This document shows, piece by piece, positions 52,757 to 62,076 of a stretch of DNA of 62,076 nt. The position numbers and the translations under genes are program-made. The notes under the pieces are model-generated. The model did no database searches. It saw only the letters and a program-made list of their open reading frames with translations, and was not told the origin of the DNA. Numbering within the stretch: position 1 is the first letter of the stretch; each line of letters starts with the position of its first letter. Source of the DNA: Cladosporium halotolerans (lineage: Eukaryota); assembly GCF_011745625.1 (NCBI RefSeq), contig NW_027191480.1, positions 248,001 through 310,076 of the forward strand, read 5' to 3'.

Positions 52757-54523
52757 ATGAAGTGGAAGATGGCACATTCAAATGCATCTCAGCCGAGCGG
52801 ACGCTCAGAACGGAGTCCTCTCTTGCCAAAGGACGATGGCACGGCCTCCGATGGCACAGCAGAAGCGGATGTGGCCGCCAATGGCTCAGTCAAGAATGGA
52901 AATGGTACATTCGCCCAGAGCGGAGCCATCGAAAATGCTGGTGACAACGCCGACGGGGAGCCTCTGGAGCGACAAAGCAGCCTTGAGGGTCGCAACGAAG
53001 GACTACCGGAAGTGAAGGCTCGCATGAAATACATCTTCCCAGCCATTGCCATTGGTGTCTTTCTGTCAGCTGCGGATCAGACAATCATTGTGTCTTCGTC
53101 TGGTAAGATCGGATCGGAGCTGGATGCCCTCAACTTGGTCTCCTGGATCGCCACCGCATACTTCCTCACCCTCACCTCTTTCCAGCCGCTCTACGGAAAG
53201 TTGTCCGACATCTTCGGCCGTAAAGCATGTCTTCTCTTCGGCTACTCAGTCTTCGGTGTCGGCTGCCTCCTGTGCGGTCTCGCTCAGAACATGAGCCAGC
53301 TGATTGCAGCCCGTGCTTTTGCCGGAATCGGAGGTGGCGGAATGACCACCGTCGTGTCTATCCTACTCTCAGACACCGTCCCTCTCCGTGAGCGAGGCAA
53401 ATGGCAGGGCTACGTCAACATCATCTACGCAGCAGGCGCGAGCACCGGCGCTCCCCTAGGAGGCATCCTGGCAGACTACATCGGCTGGAGATGGGCCTTC
53501 CTCGTCCAAGCCCCCCTCTGCCTCGCGGCCTTTGTCGCCGTGAGCTTCGCCCTCCACCTCCCCAAAACCGAAAGCAGCCACTGGAAGGCCCAGCTGCGCC
53601 GCATCGACTTCCTCGGCGCCGTCATCCTCATCTCCGCCGTCTTCACGCTCCTCCTCGGCCTCGACCGCGGCAGCAACGTCAGCTGGAGCTCGCGCACCGC
53701 CATCATCTCCCTGAGCGTCTCCCTCCCGCTCTTCCTCATCTTCCTCCTCGTCGAAATGAAACTCGCCAGCGAGCCCTTCGCCCCAGGCCACATCATCTTC
53801 CACCGCTCCCTCGTCGCCTGCTACCTGTGCAACTTCTTCTCCTTCTCCGGCTGGCTCGCCGCCCTCTTCTACCTCCCGCTGTACTTCCAAGCCGTCGACG
53901 GCGTCTCCGCCACCGGCGCCGGCCTGCGCCTCATCCCCTCCATCCTCTGCGGCGTCTCCGGCAGCCTCGCGGGCGGCATCTACATGCAGAGGACGGGCCG
54001 CTACTTCCGGCTGACGGCCGGCGCCTACGCCGCGCTCGCGCTCGGCATGCTCGCCATCTTCCTCTGCTCCGGCGCCGCCGTCAAGAGCACGCCGGGCATG
54101 ATCGCGGGCATGTGCGTGTGCGGCTTCGGCAACGGCGTCGGCGTCACCTCGACGCTGATCGGGCTGATCGCCAACGCGTCGCGCGAGGACCAGGCGATCG
54201 CCACGGCCTGCAGCTACCTGTTCCGCAGCCTGGGGAGCGTCTTCGGCGTCGCGATGAGCGCGACGGTCGCGAATTCGGCGCTGAGGGAGAATCTGACCGC
54301 GCGGCTGCCGGCGCTGGGGCTGCCGGAGGCGGAGGCGCTGGAGATCGCGGAGCGCGTCAGGCAGTCGCTGGCGTATTTGAGGGAGCTGGAGCCGGCGGTT
54401 AGGGCGGTGGTGGCGGAGTGCTATGCGGCGGGGACGAGGAGTGCGTTTGGGTTGCAGATTGGGCTTGTGGCTGGGGCGGCTGTGAGTGCGTGGTTGATCA
54501 AGGAGAAGGCGTTGAGTAAGTAG
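52757..54523 (+). CDS. MFS transporter, DHA2/Vba/Fnx-like 14-TM type, probably vacuolar
   Basis: FLSAADQTI, PLYGKLSDIFGRK (motif A), ARAFAGIGGGG, GAPLGGILADYIGWRWAF. N-terminal acidic dileucine ERSPLL. Start at 52757 or 52769. Confidence 0.93.
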   Translation: MKWKMAHSNASQPSGRSERSPLLPKDDGTASDGTAEADVAANGSVKNGNGTFAQSGAIENAGDNADGEPLERQSSLEGRNEGLPEVKARMKYIFPAIAIGVFLSAADQTIIVSSSGKIGSELDALNLVSWIATAYFLTLTSFQPLYGKLSDIFGRKACLLFGYSVFGVGCLLCGLAQNMSQLIAARAFAGIGGGGMTTVVSILLSDTVPLRERGKWQGYVNIIYAAGASTGAPLGGILADYIGWRWAFLVQAPLCLAAFVAVSFALHLPKTESSHWKAQLRRIDFLGAVILISAVFTLLLGLDRGSNVSWSSRTAIISLSVSLPLFLIFLLVEMKLASEPFAPGHIIFHRSLVACYLCNFFSFSGWLAALFYLPLYFQAVDGVSATGAGLRLIPSILCGVSGSLAGGIYMQRTGRYFRLTAGAYAALALGMLAIFLCSGAAVKSTPGMIAGMCVCGFGNGVGVTSTLIGLIANASREDQAIATACSYLFRSLGSVFGVAMSATVANSALRENLTARLPALGLPEAEALEIAERVRQSLAYLRELEPAVRAVVAECYAAGTRSAFGLQIGLVAGAAVSAWLIKEKALSK

Positions 54524-55105
54524 AGGTTGAGGTGGAGGAATGTATGGCAACATTGTCGGGTGTGCTCCAGCGTTTGCTGGCATGATCTATAGATATAAAC
54601 ATGTACACTACCGACTACCAACATCCACCTAACCCTGCCAACCCCCCTTACCAAAAACCCCAACGTCCCATTCCCCCAACCCCCAGACGCCTCCTAGCCC
54701 AATATCACTCACCCAACATCGAAGGATCAAGTATCACCAATCGCTCCAAATAACCCTCGCCCTCCGATCAGGGGAGCATTCCGGTGCTCCCTTTGTCCAC
54801 ATTCCGCGTTCCAGACCTCCCCTCCGCAACAAAGCGCATTGTCCGCCAGGCGGTGACACATGTCAAAACCACGCGTTCGACGTCAAGCCAGCCGCCGCGT
54901 TCGGAAGGAAGTGTTACTGGCCCGCCTCGAAAGCCGGGCTAGAGTTCTGGAGGCGTGGGAGGGCTTTGTGAAGAGGACGGGAGGAAGGGGTTGGTCGTGA
55001 GCTTTATTATGTAAACGGTGAGGCTGCTACTCTGTGGATTCATTCCTGCGGTAAATTTTGTCGACGAGATACGATAATCGATTTGATCCCCCCGGACAAC
55101 CCATA

Positions 55106-56178
55106 ATGAGCGCCCAAGGAAGAGTCCGAGTCGGGCAGCAGGCGCCCGACTTCACCTGCAACGCCGTCGTCGACGGCCGCATCAAAGGTACGCACCACCC
55201 ACCCGCTCCCAACCCAGCGCAGCAAAAACTAACCCCCTCCTCCCCAACCTCACAGAAATCTCCCTCTCCGCCTACACGCAAGCGAACCACTGGCTGCTGC
55301 TCCTCTTCTTCCCGCGCGCCTGGTCGTACGTCTGCCCGACGGAGATCCGGGCCTACAGCGCGCGCGTCGAGGAGTTCCTCTACAGCCGGGCGTGCGCGGT
55401 GGCGTTCGCGAGCACGGACTCCGAGGCCTGCCTGCGGGCGTGGAACGCGACGGGCGAGCTGGAGGGCGGGCTGGGCGGCGTGCACGTGCCGCTGATCAGC
55501 GATGGGAGCCACAGGCTGAGCCGCGCGTACGGCGTGCTGGTGGAGGAGGAGGGGGTGGCGGAGCGGGCGATGTTTGTGATTGATCCGAAGGGGAGGGTGA
55601 GGGCGGTGGCGGTGGGGGATATTGATGTGGGGAGGTCGGTGGATGAGGCGCAGAGGGTGCTGGATGCGTTGGGGTTTAAGGATGAGTTTGGTGAGGGGTG
55701 TCCGGCGGATTGGAAGAAGGGGGATAAGGGGATTGATGTTTCGGGGAAGTCGAAGGTTGAGGGTCAGGTCGAGGTGCGGAAGAGCTGGGTTGATTGGGCG
55801 CGGCCGAAGATCGCTCGAACCTGGAGCAGCGCCAGCCATGCGAGCTCGCGGTCGCTGAGCGGGATCATGGAGTCGTCGCGGATGAACGGTAGCGGCGACA
55901 ACTTTCTCGTGGCTTCGATGCACAGCGATATTGACAGGATGACACCGAGAAGCGGGATGATCAGCGCGAGCAGGAGTCCAGCTCGTTCGGTTTCCTTGAC
56001 CTCACAGCCAGTTGGCTCTCCATCTGATGCTCACAGTCCAGCATTCAGCCCGACTAGTCACGGCCCTGGCGGAATGGAGGGCCAGATGACTCAAGCCATG
56101 ATGCAGCAGCAGATCGACAACATGCAGGCTGCGCTCGCGAACCAGAAGCTTACGCAGGACATTGGCGTCGCGAATTGA
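55106..56178 (+). CDS. AhpC/TSA-type 2-Cys peroxiredoxin with long C-terminal extension, 334 aa. Exons 55106-55187, 55256-56178
   Basis: VGQQAPDF, FFPRAWSYVCPTE (peroxidatic Cys), GGLG, RAMFVIDPKG, VGRSVDE, GEGCPADW (resolving Cys). Intron 55188-55255 (GTACGC..CTAAC..CAG). Confidence 0.92.
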
Positions 56179-56332
56179 GTTGCGAATTCTTGGACATTCT
56201 TTCTGTGAATCGACAGCGGCAGTGGTAACGGCGAATCTTCGATGTTTGAACACCATGGTGGTTCCGATTAAGTGCAGCTTCCTTCGAATAAAGCCGCTCT
56301 CTATACTTTTAAACTGATGCATGTTTTCGTCT

Positions 56333-58381
56333 TCACTTGGCAAAGTCGATATAATCATCATCCTTTGGCCCCATTCCCTTTTCTATTCCGTCCGCGACAC
56401 AGAGGTCGCGGTTCGCCCGTGGTATGTCGATATTTGCCAGCTCATCCGTGTTTGTTAGAAATTGCATCAGCAGTCCAGCTTCCGCATGCCAGGACACATG
56501 ACAGTGTAGCGCCCAAGCTCCGGGATTGTCTGCGATGACGCGAAGCAGGATCCATCCGTAGCCTTCGACCGATGCAGTGTCTCGACGGAGTGGATTTGAG
56601 AGATCAAGCGTCTCATACAAAGGTGAGAGCGTCTGACGGTCCACACTTGCACCCACTTGCGAGAGCGGTGGTTGGCCGTGTCCTTGAGCCAGGACAAAAA
56701 ACTTGTAGCCATGCAAATGGTAAGGATGAGCTCCGTCGTCGAAGTTTGAGATCAGTATGTCGATCGTCTGAACACCGGTGGTCTGCACAACAAGTTCTCG
56801 ATCTGTGCTGAATGCTTGATCATTCACAAATGCCGGTGCTTCAACGCTGGTAAACAATGGCGCCGTGAAGTTGCCGTTGTCTCTACGCAGACCATTGACG
56901 GCACGTTGCAATGTCGGTTGACGTGGGTCTGCTCGCCAGGATGAAGCGTTGAAGAAGCCGCGGCTCAAACGATAGGCTCCGATCTCAAAATTTGACCGGA
57001 AGTAGAACACGTTATCTGGCTTCAGCGCCAGTGATACCTCTTCCACAGGCCGAAGTTCGGTCGTGTTCATATCCTTGCAATCTTGGGCGAGTTTCTCTGT
57101 CCAGTCTGATGACGTCGGCCTCGCGTCTGTGTTTTCCTCGTATCTGATGATCGCGAACGCATCAGGCTGAAGCGTCTTGGGCGGGTCAGTGAAGCAGTTC
57201 GTTATCATGCGGGCCCTCAACCAGAAGTTGTCCGCATTGTCCACGTTGCTGTCAATGACAACGCTATATCTCTGCGCGGGACTGATATCTAGTCGATGAT
57301 ACTTCACTGGATGCACGTCTGTACCATCGACTTCGGTCACCGCTAGTTGGTGTTCGTCCAGCTGGAATGAAAACTCCGCGAATGCGCCAACGTTTATGAT
57401 GCGCAGTCTGTGGCTTTTGTTGCGTTCCAAGACGAAAGACGGATGCCCCACGTTGGCGGTGCTGTTATCGCATCGCCGGTTCGGGAAGCCATCACAGTTC
57501 CGAATGCCTCTCCCGTTGATTAGCCCACTCTCGGGCACAGGTTCGGCGTTTTCCATGTCCGGCATTAGATATTGCCACAGCAAGGCTGACGAGAGGTCGT
57601 GGTAGTGATCGGAGAGCAGCAACACTCTGTCGGTGTCGTACGAAATCTGTTGCATGGTGCGCTCTGCCCGTCCGTGTATGACAAGCGGACCATGAAGGCC
57701 GTCCGAAGATTGCAGGCCCTGATGGCCATGCCACCAATAAGTTCCAGACTGGGAGACTTTAAACTCGTACTTGAAGGAATGCCCTGGTGCAATCGGACAT
57801 TGTGTGATGCCAACAGTACCGTCCATGTAAGGAGTTCCGGTCTGATATATGCCATGCCAATGGAATGAAGTGGCGTTGGTAGCCTGGTTATCCACATGGA
57901 CGACGATCGTGTCGCCTTCGTTGACCTCGATCAAAGGTCCTGGAAATTGGTTATTCACCAGAATCATCGGTCGGTAGATGCCATCGGGATTGTGAATGTG
58001 ATCGCGGACCGTCCAAGTGTACTCCCTTCGCCGTGGCGGAGCAGCATAGTCCCATTCAGGATCAAGGATGTAGTCGTTTGTGGAGATCTCAGCATCACCT
58101 TCACTCGTCTGAGCTGGCGTTTGGGCTGATGTTCGGATGGGTGTTCGCAGCGCGATGATATGAAATAAAACACCTGCTAAACAAGCAACAAGAAAAACGA
58201 GAGATATCGCCCATTGAAAGACAGGTCTTCGAGGGCGGAGCGTGGTCTCTGCAAATCTCTCGCGGTCGGCTTCGAAGCCCTGAAGCAAACCCTCTTTCTG
58301 CTCATGGTCGCTGGGCTGCTCGGGGTCACATGACGGCTTCTCGTAAAGTGGTTGCCGGTCGTCTTCAGACGAAACGCTCAT
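56333..58381 (-). CDS. Multicopper oxidase (laccase-like, AA1) with N-terminal transmembrane anchor (682 aa)
   Basis: All four Cu motifs present: HWHG, WWHGH, HPYHLHG, HCHVSWHAEAGL. TM segment WAISLVFLVACLAGVLFHIIAL after about 55 polar residues. First ATG at 58381. Confidence 0.95.
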   Translation of the reverse strand: MSVSSEDDRQPLYEKPSCDPEQPSDHEQKEGLLQGFEADRERFAETTLRPRRPVFQWAISLVFLVACLAGVLFHIIALRTPIRTSAQTPAQTSEGDAEISTNDYILDPEWDYAAPPRRREYTWTVRDHIHNPDGIYRPMILVNNQFPGPLIEVNEGDTIVVHVDNQATNATSFHWHGIYQTGTPYMDGTVGITQCPIAPGHSFKYEFKVSQSGTYWWHGHQGLQSSDGLHGPLVIHGRAERTMQQISYDTDRVLLLSDHYHDLSSALLWQYLMPDMENAEPVPESGLINGRGIRNCDGFPNRRCDNSTANVGHPSFVLERNKSHRLRIINVGAFAEFSFQLDEHQLAVTEVDGTDVHPVKYHRLDISPAQRYSVVIDSNVDNADNFWLRARMITNCFTDPPKTLQPDAFAIIRYEENTDARPTSSDWTEKLAQDCKDMNTTELRPVEEVSLALKPDNVFYFRSNFEIGAYRLSRGFFNASSWRADPRQPTLQRAVNGLRRDNGNFTAPLFTSVEAPAFVNDQAFSTDRELVVQTTGVQTIDILISNFDDGAHPYHLHGYKFFVLAQGHGQPPLSQVGASVDRQTLSPLYETLDLSNPLRRDTASVEGYGWILLRVIADNPGAWALHCHVSWHAEAGLLMQFLTNTDELANIDIPRANRDLCVADGIEKGMGPKDDDYIDFAK

Positions 58382-58513
58382 GCCTGGGACGGTCAATCCT
58401 TGGTTGGCTCTCTTTGCGTGTGCACGGTGAGCTTGAGGGTGAACGGCGATGATGACCAGAATCTCACGGAATCAAATTAGGGCAATAGTACAATGTTCAA
58501 TGAACTGCAGAGG

Positions 58514-59230
58514 CACGTGTCGAAAGCGAGCCCCATGGTCGATCTGGAAGGTTTGGAAGAACGGTGGTCGGCAGGTCGGTGCGCGCACGAGAACCGCTGA
58601 CTGCAGGGCGCAGGGTGGCAAGGGCGGCAAACAAGGTGTGATCGTCGGCCATACTGCCCACCTTCCTATTCGGCGTTGGAGAGGTGCGTTGGGAGGCGGA
58701 GGTGGCACTGGGTGGGTTGTCGAGGAGAGGAGAAGATGGCGCTATCGCCGGCCGCAGCCGGGTTTGGTCGTGCCTGCCCAATCAGGCCGGGCAGCTTGGC
58801 ACGTTGTCAACGTCGCTCCACGACCGCCGTCTCGCACGACCAACAGCATTTGCAGCACGGCGACGGCGCTTCTCCCGCGCTCTGCCAGGCACTGCCGCCC
58901 ATGTTCTCGATGCTTCAGGCGAAGGCGAGGGCGGCAGAGCTTGATGCCGGCTTAGCCTTGCTTGGCCTGCAGCCACGATGCTTCGCAGCAAGACGATCCC
59001 CTGCCTGCCTGCACGTGTTGCCTGCCCTCGCCGACCGCGCCTGTCCTCGCCAATCACCACGCCGAAGATGCTGACCACAGTTCCGCCGCAGACCAGGCAA
59101 AGACCCGGGTCACCGGCACCGTAGGCTGGAGCAGCTCGCTAGAAGCAAACGCTCACCCCGTCCCGTGTGTGGTGGCGGCTGCACGTCGACAACGTGGTCG
59201 AGGACCCTGACGTTCGCGCCGGTGTATATA
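58514..59230. promoter_or_regulatory. Divergent promoter with CACGTG/CACGTT (Pho4/NUC-1-type) sites and a TATA element
   Basis: CACGTG at 58514 and 59012; CACGTT at 58800 and on the minus strand at 59191-59196; TATATA at 59225-59230, 130 bp before the phosphatase ATG. Confidence 0.45.
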
Positions 59231-59354
59231 GAGTACAGAATGCCCTTCCTCTTGCACAATCGTGACCTGGCAGGCCTCAAATTCAACCTCCTCCTCGTCG
59301 TTTCCTTGAGTGCACGCTCAGCGTCTCCATCGTTTCCCCTTGAGACCGATCAAC

Positions 59355-60829
59355 ATGTACGCTCTCACTCTCAGCGCGCTCGCCATTGCCGGCGCCGCGG
59401 CGCAGGCCGACATCTACACGGCCACCGCCAGTGCCGATGTTGCTGCTGCTCAGGCTACGGCCAAGACTTCTCAGCCGACCTCCCATGTCCGCGGAAAGGT
59501 AGCTTCTCCCATGCTTGGCCACCTGCAATACGATCCCGTACTCATCGATCAATGACAGGTCTTCGACCGCTTCGTCACCATCTGGCTGGAGAACACCGAC
59601 TACGACAAAGCCTTTGCCGACCCCAACCTGCAATGGCTGGCGTCTCAGGGCATCAGCGTCAACAACTACTTTGGTGTCACTCACCCGTCCATGCCGAACT
59701 ACATCGCCTCCATTGGCGGTGACACCTTCGGCTGCGACAACGACGACTTCAAGCAGATTGACGCCAACGTCTCTACCTTGATCGATCTTCTCGAGGACAA
59801 GGGCATCTCGTGGAGCTCCTACCAGGAGGACATGCCCTACTCTGGCTTCGAGGGTAAGGCCTACGTCAACCAGCAGACCAAGGCCAATGACTACGTGCGA
59901 AAGCACAACCCTCCTGTCATCTTCGACGCCAACACCACTCCTGAGCGTCTGAGCGCTCAGAAGAACATCTCTATGATCAACAAAGACGCGTCCATGTTCC
60001 ACAAGGATCTCGCTGAGGGCAAGCTTCCCCAGTGGATGTTCATCACTCCTAACATGACTTCCGATGGTGTGTACAAGATGATTCCCATACCAAACTTGTC
60101 ATTCTTACTCACTCATCCACAGGCCACGACACCTCCGTCACCACCGCCGGCCAATGGTGCCGCGACCTGCTCGAGCCGCTCATCAACGACAAGAAGTCCA
60201 GCTTCTGGGACCGCACCCTTGTCCTGCTCACGTTCGACGAGAGCGAGACCTACACCAAGAGCAACCGCGTCTTCAGCATCCTGCTCGGTGACGCCGTCCC
60301 CAAGCACCTCCACGGCACCAAGGACGACAGCTACTACAACCACTACTCCGAGATCGCCACCGTCGAGGCCAACTGGGACCTGCACACCCTCGGCCGCTTC
60401 GACGTCGGCGCCAACGTCTTCGACTTCGTCGGCAAGAAGACCGGCGACCACATCCGCCCCTGGGCCGCCGCCACCGACGCCAACCCGTCCATCTTCTTCA
60501 ACAGCTCCTACGCCGGCCCACTCAACGAGAACTTCGAGACCGCCCCCTACGAGGCTCCCAACGTCAACATCAAGTCTCCCGGCTCCGGCAGGACCGTCCT
60601 CCCCGCGATCGTCGAGAAGTGGGGTGGCAAGAGCCTTCCTACTCCCCCCAAGTACGGCATGGGCCCTGGTCCTGCTGCCCCGCCCGCGCCTGGCAAGAAG
60701 CCTGGCAAGGAGAACCCTCCCAAGCCTGGTGATGAGGCTTCCAACGCGACCTACTACACCGACAAGGTCGAGATCCCTGACGGCCAGCACCCGCCTCCTG
60801 GCTTCGATTACAACGATGCTCAGAACTAG
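59355..60829 (+). CDS. Secreted phosphoesterase-family (phosphate-repressible type) acid phosphatase, 452 aa. Exons 59355-59498, 59559-60066, 60123-60829
   Basis: Signal peptide; motifs FDRFVTIWLENTDY, THPSMPNY, YVRKHNP, ITPNMTSDGHDT, LLTFDE, YNHYS. Two introns restore the frame (1359 nt). Confidence 0.93.
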
Positions 60830-61477
60830 ACGATGATGTGGACATCTAGTCTTCCGTAGACTCCAAAAAAAGCGTGTAGATAGATCTATAAATTCGCTCA
60901 CTCTGTAAAATTCCCCGCTTCATCAATCGTAGTACTGCAACTCAGCATCATCAATACCACAGAGCTAAATTCGTCGACATCAACAACCTGCAATCTGCCT
61001 TTTCAGCCGCAAAATTTCTAAGTTCACCAAAATCGACATTCCACGAAAACTCACCTACGGCGACTCCATCGATCTGCATTTCGCGGGCGCGGGGAGTCTG
61101 TGGCGAAAGGGCGGGTCGCGCACGACGAACGATCGCCCGGTGCCTCCCCCACGTGTGTGCAACCGCAACCCAAAACTTGCCGGCGACCCGCGAGTATCTC
61201 TCGCGCCTTTTTTGCTTATCCACAGACCTCGCTCTCTCTGTCTTCACTTTACTCCACTCCGCTCTGTTTGAGAGCACTCGAAGACATCCCGACATTGGTC
61301 ATTGCCGGACGAAATACTTCCATTTCAAGGCGACACATCCACACACAACTTTCGCCTCGCGCCCTACATATCAAAACAACCTCGACAAAAAACAACTCCC
61401 AAACCCCACTCTCTGCTAAACTTCTGGCCAAAACCACACACACCCACACTGAAATCCCGAACAAGCATCGCCCAAAA

Positions 61478-62076
61478 ATGTCCCTCGCCTACCTCAAATC
61501 CCTCCTCGCCCCATTCCCCCGCCGCCGCAACGGAACCCAATCCTACTCGCCCCTCCCCCAATACAACTCCAACGCCTCCGCCGCCAGCGCCCGCGCCTCC
61601 ACCTCCTCCACAGCATCAACCCCGCCACCGCCCACAAACGAGAAGCCCGTCCACGACCCCCCACCCCCCTCCACCCTCAAAATCTCCCCCCGCACCCTCT
61701 CGAACCTCACCCTCGGCCTCTCCGACGGCCTGACGGTCCCCTTCGCGCTGACCGCCGGGCTCTCGACGCTCAACTCCACGCACGTCGTCATCTACGGCGG
61801 GCTGGCGGAGCTCGTGGCCGGGGCGATTTCCATGGGGCTCGGGGGATACCTGGGAGCGCTCAGCGAGGCGGAAGCGGGGGAGAGGGCGCGGGGAGAGGTG
61901 AGGAGGGCGGTGAGGGGGGCAGGCGGGGAGGCGGAGCTGAGGGGCGTGCTGGGGGAGTGTGGGGTGGGGGATGTGGAGGGGGTGGTGGGGAAGTTGGTTG
62001 CGGGGCCGGGAGGGGAGGACGGGGTTGTGGAGGTTTTGGTGCGGTTGAAGGGGTTGGGGGCGTCTTGTGAGGGGGC
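61478..62076 (+). CDS. CCC1: CCC1/VIT1-family vacuolar Fe/Mn transporter, running off the window end
   Basis: ATG in aaaaATG context, frame open to the window end. Signature motifs LGLSDGLTVPFALTAGL and ELVAGAISMGLGGYL. Not in the ORF track because there is no stop in the window. Confidence 0.88.
   Translation, partial: MSLAYLKSLLAPFPRRRNGTQSYSPLPQYNSNASAASARASTSSTASTPPPPTNEKPVHDPPPPSTLKISPRTLSNLTLGLSDGLTVPFALTAGLSTLNSTHVVIYGGLAELVAGAISMGLGGYLGALSEAEAGERARGEVRRAVRGAGGEAELRGVLGECGVGDVEGVVGKLVAGPGGEDGVVEVLVRLKGLGASCEG

Noticed and set aside
53401..54583. 333-aa (+) and 375-aa (-) ORFs overlapping the MFS gene; similar ORFs at 18036-18782, 26028-26870, 29430-30495, 55027-55923 and 60113-60901
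   Set aside because: Alternative-frame or antisense artefacts of extreme GC3 and skew, which deplete stop codons.
60067..60836. C-terminal half of the 381-aa ORF 59691-60836
   Set aside because: Read-through of intron 60067-60122 into the wrong frame; splicing restores the SDGHDT motif.
1..62076. CRISPR array, prokaryotic defence or operon systems, tRNA/rRNA, intact transposon, repeated introner-like introns
   Set aside because: The DNA is eukaryotic. I saw no regularly spaced repeats, cloverleaf, transposase/RT ORF, TIR/LTR pair or mutually similar introns by eye.

Overview
Eukaryotic, gene-dense fungal DNA with short GT-AG spliceosomal introns and CTRAC-type branch sites. The gene set and codon style suggest a filamentous ascomycete, probably a Dothideomycete (inference). 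I can support about 20 protein-coding genes. Eight are multi-exon and were spliced by hand; every model sums to a whole number of codons. In order: an uncharacterised 609-aa protein; a WD40/alpha-solenoid protein; a small Ser-rich protein; a membrane-anchored GH3 beta-glucosidase; a cytochrome b561-domain protein; a TPR-like protein; 6-phosphogluconolactonase; MesA/Afi1; a TPP1/Est3-like telomere protein; Fab1/PIKfyve; Nbs1; an ER FKBP; an orphan; Srs2 helicase; a candidate Atg31-like protein; a vacuolar-type MFS transporter; an extended 2-Cys peroxiredoxin; a membrane-anchored multicopper oxidase; a secreted acid phosphatase; and a CCC1/VIT1 gene cut by the window end. I found no tRNA, rRNA, CRISPR array or intact transposon. 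Most notable: (1) about 15 recurrent 0.4-1.2 kb domains that switch from C/A-rich to G/T-rich through a CpG-rich centre, regardless of gene boundaries; (2) a candidate remote Atg31 homolog; (3) a long, structured last intron in the TPP1-like gene whose retention would remove the C-terminal module. All family calls come from motif recognition; no searches were run.
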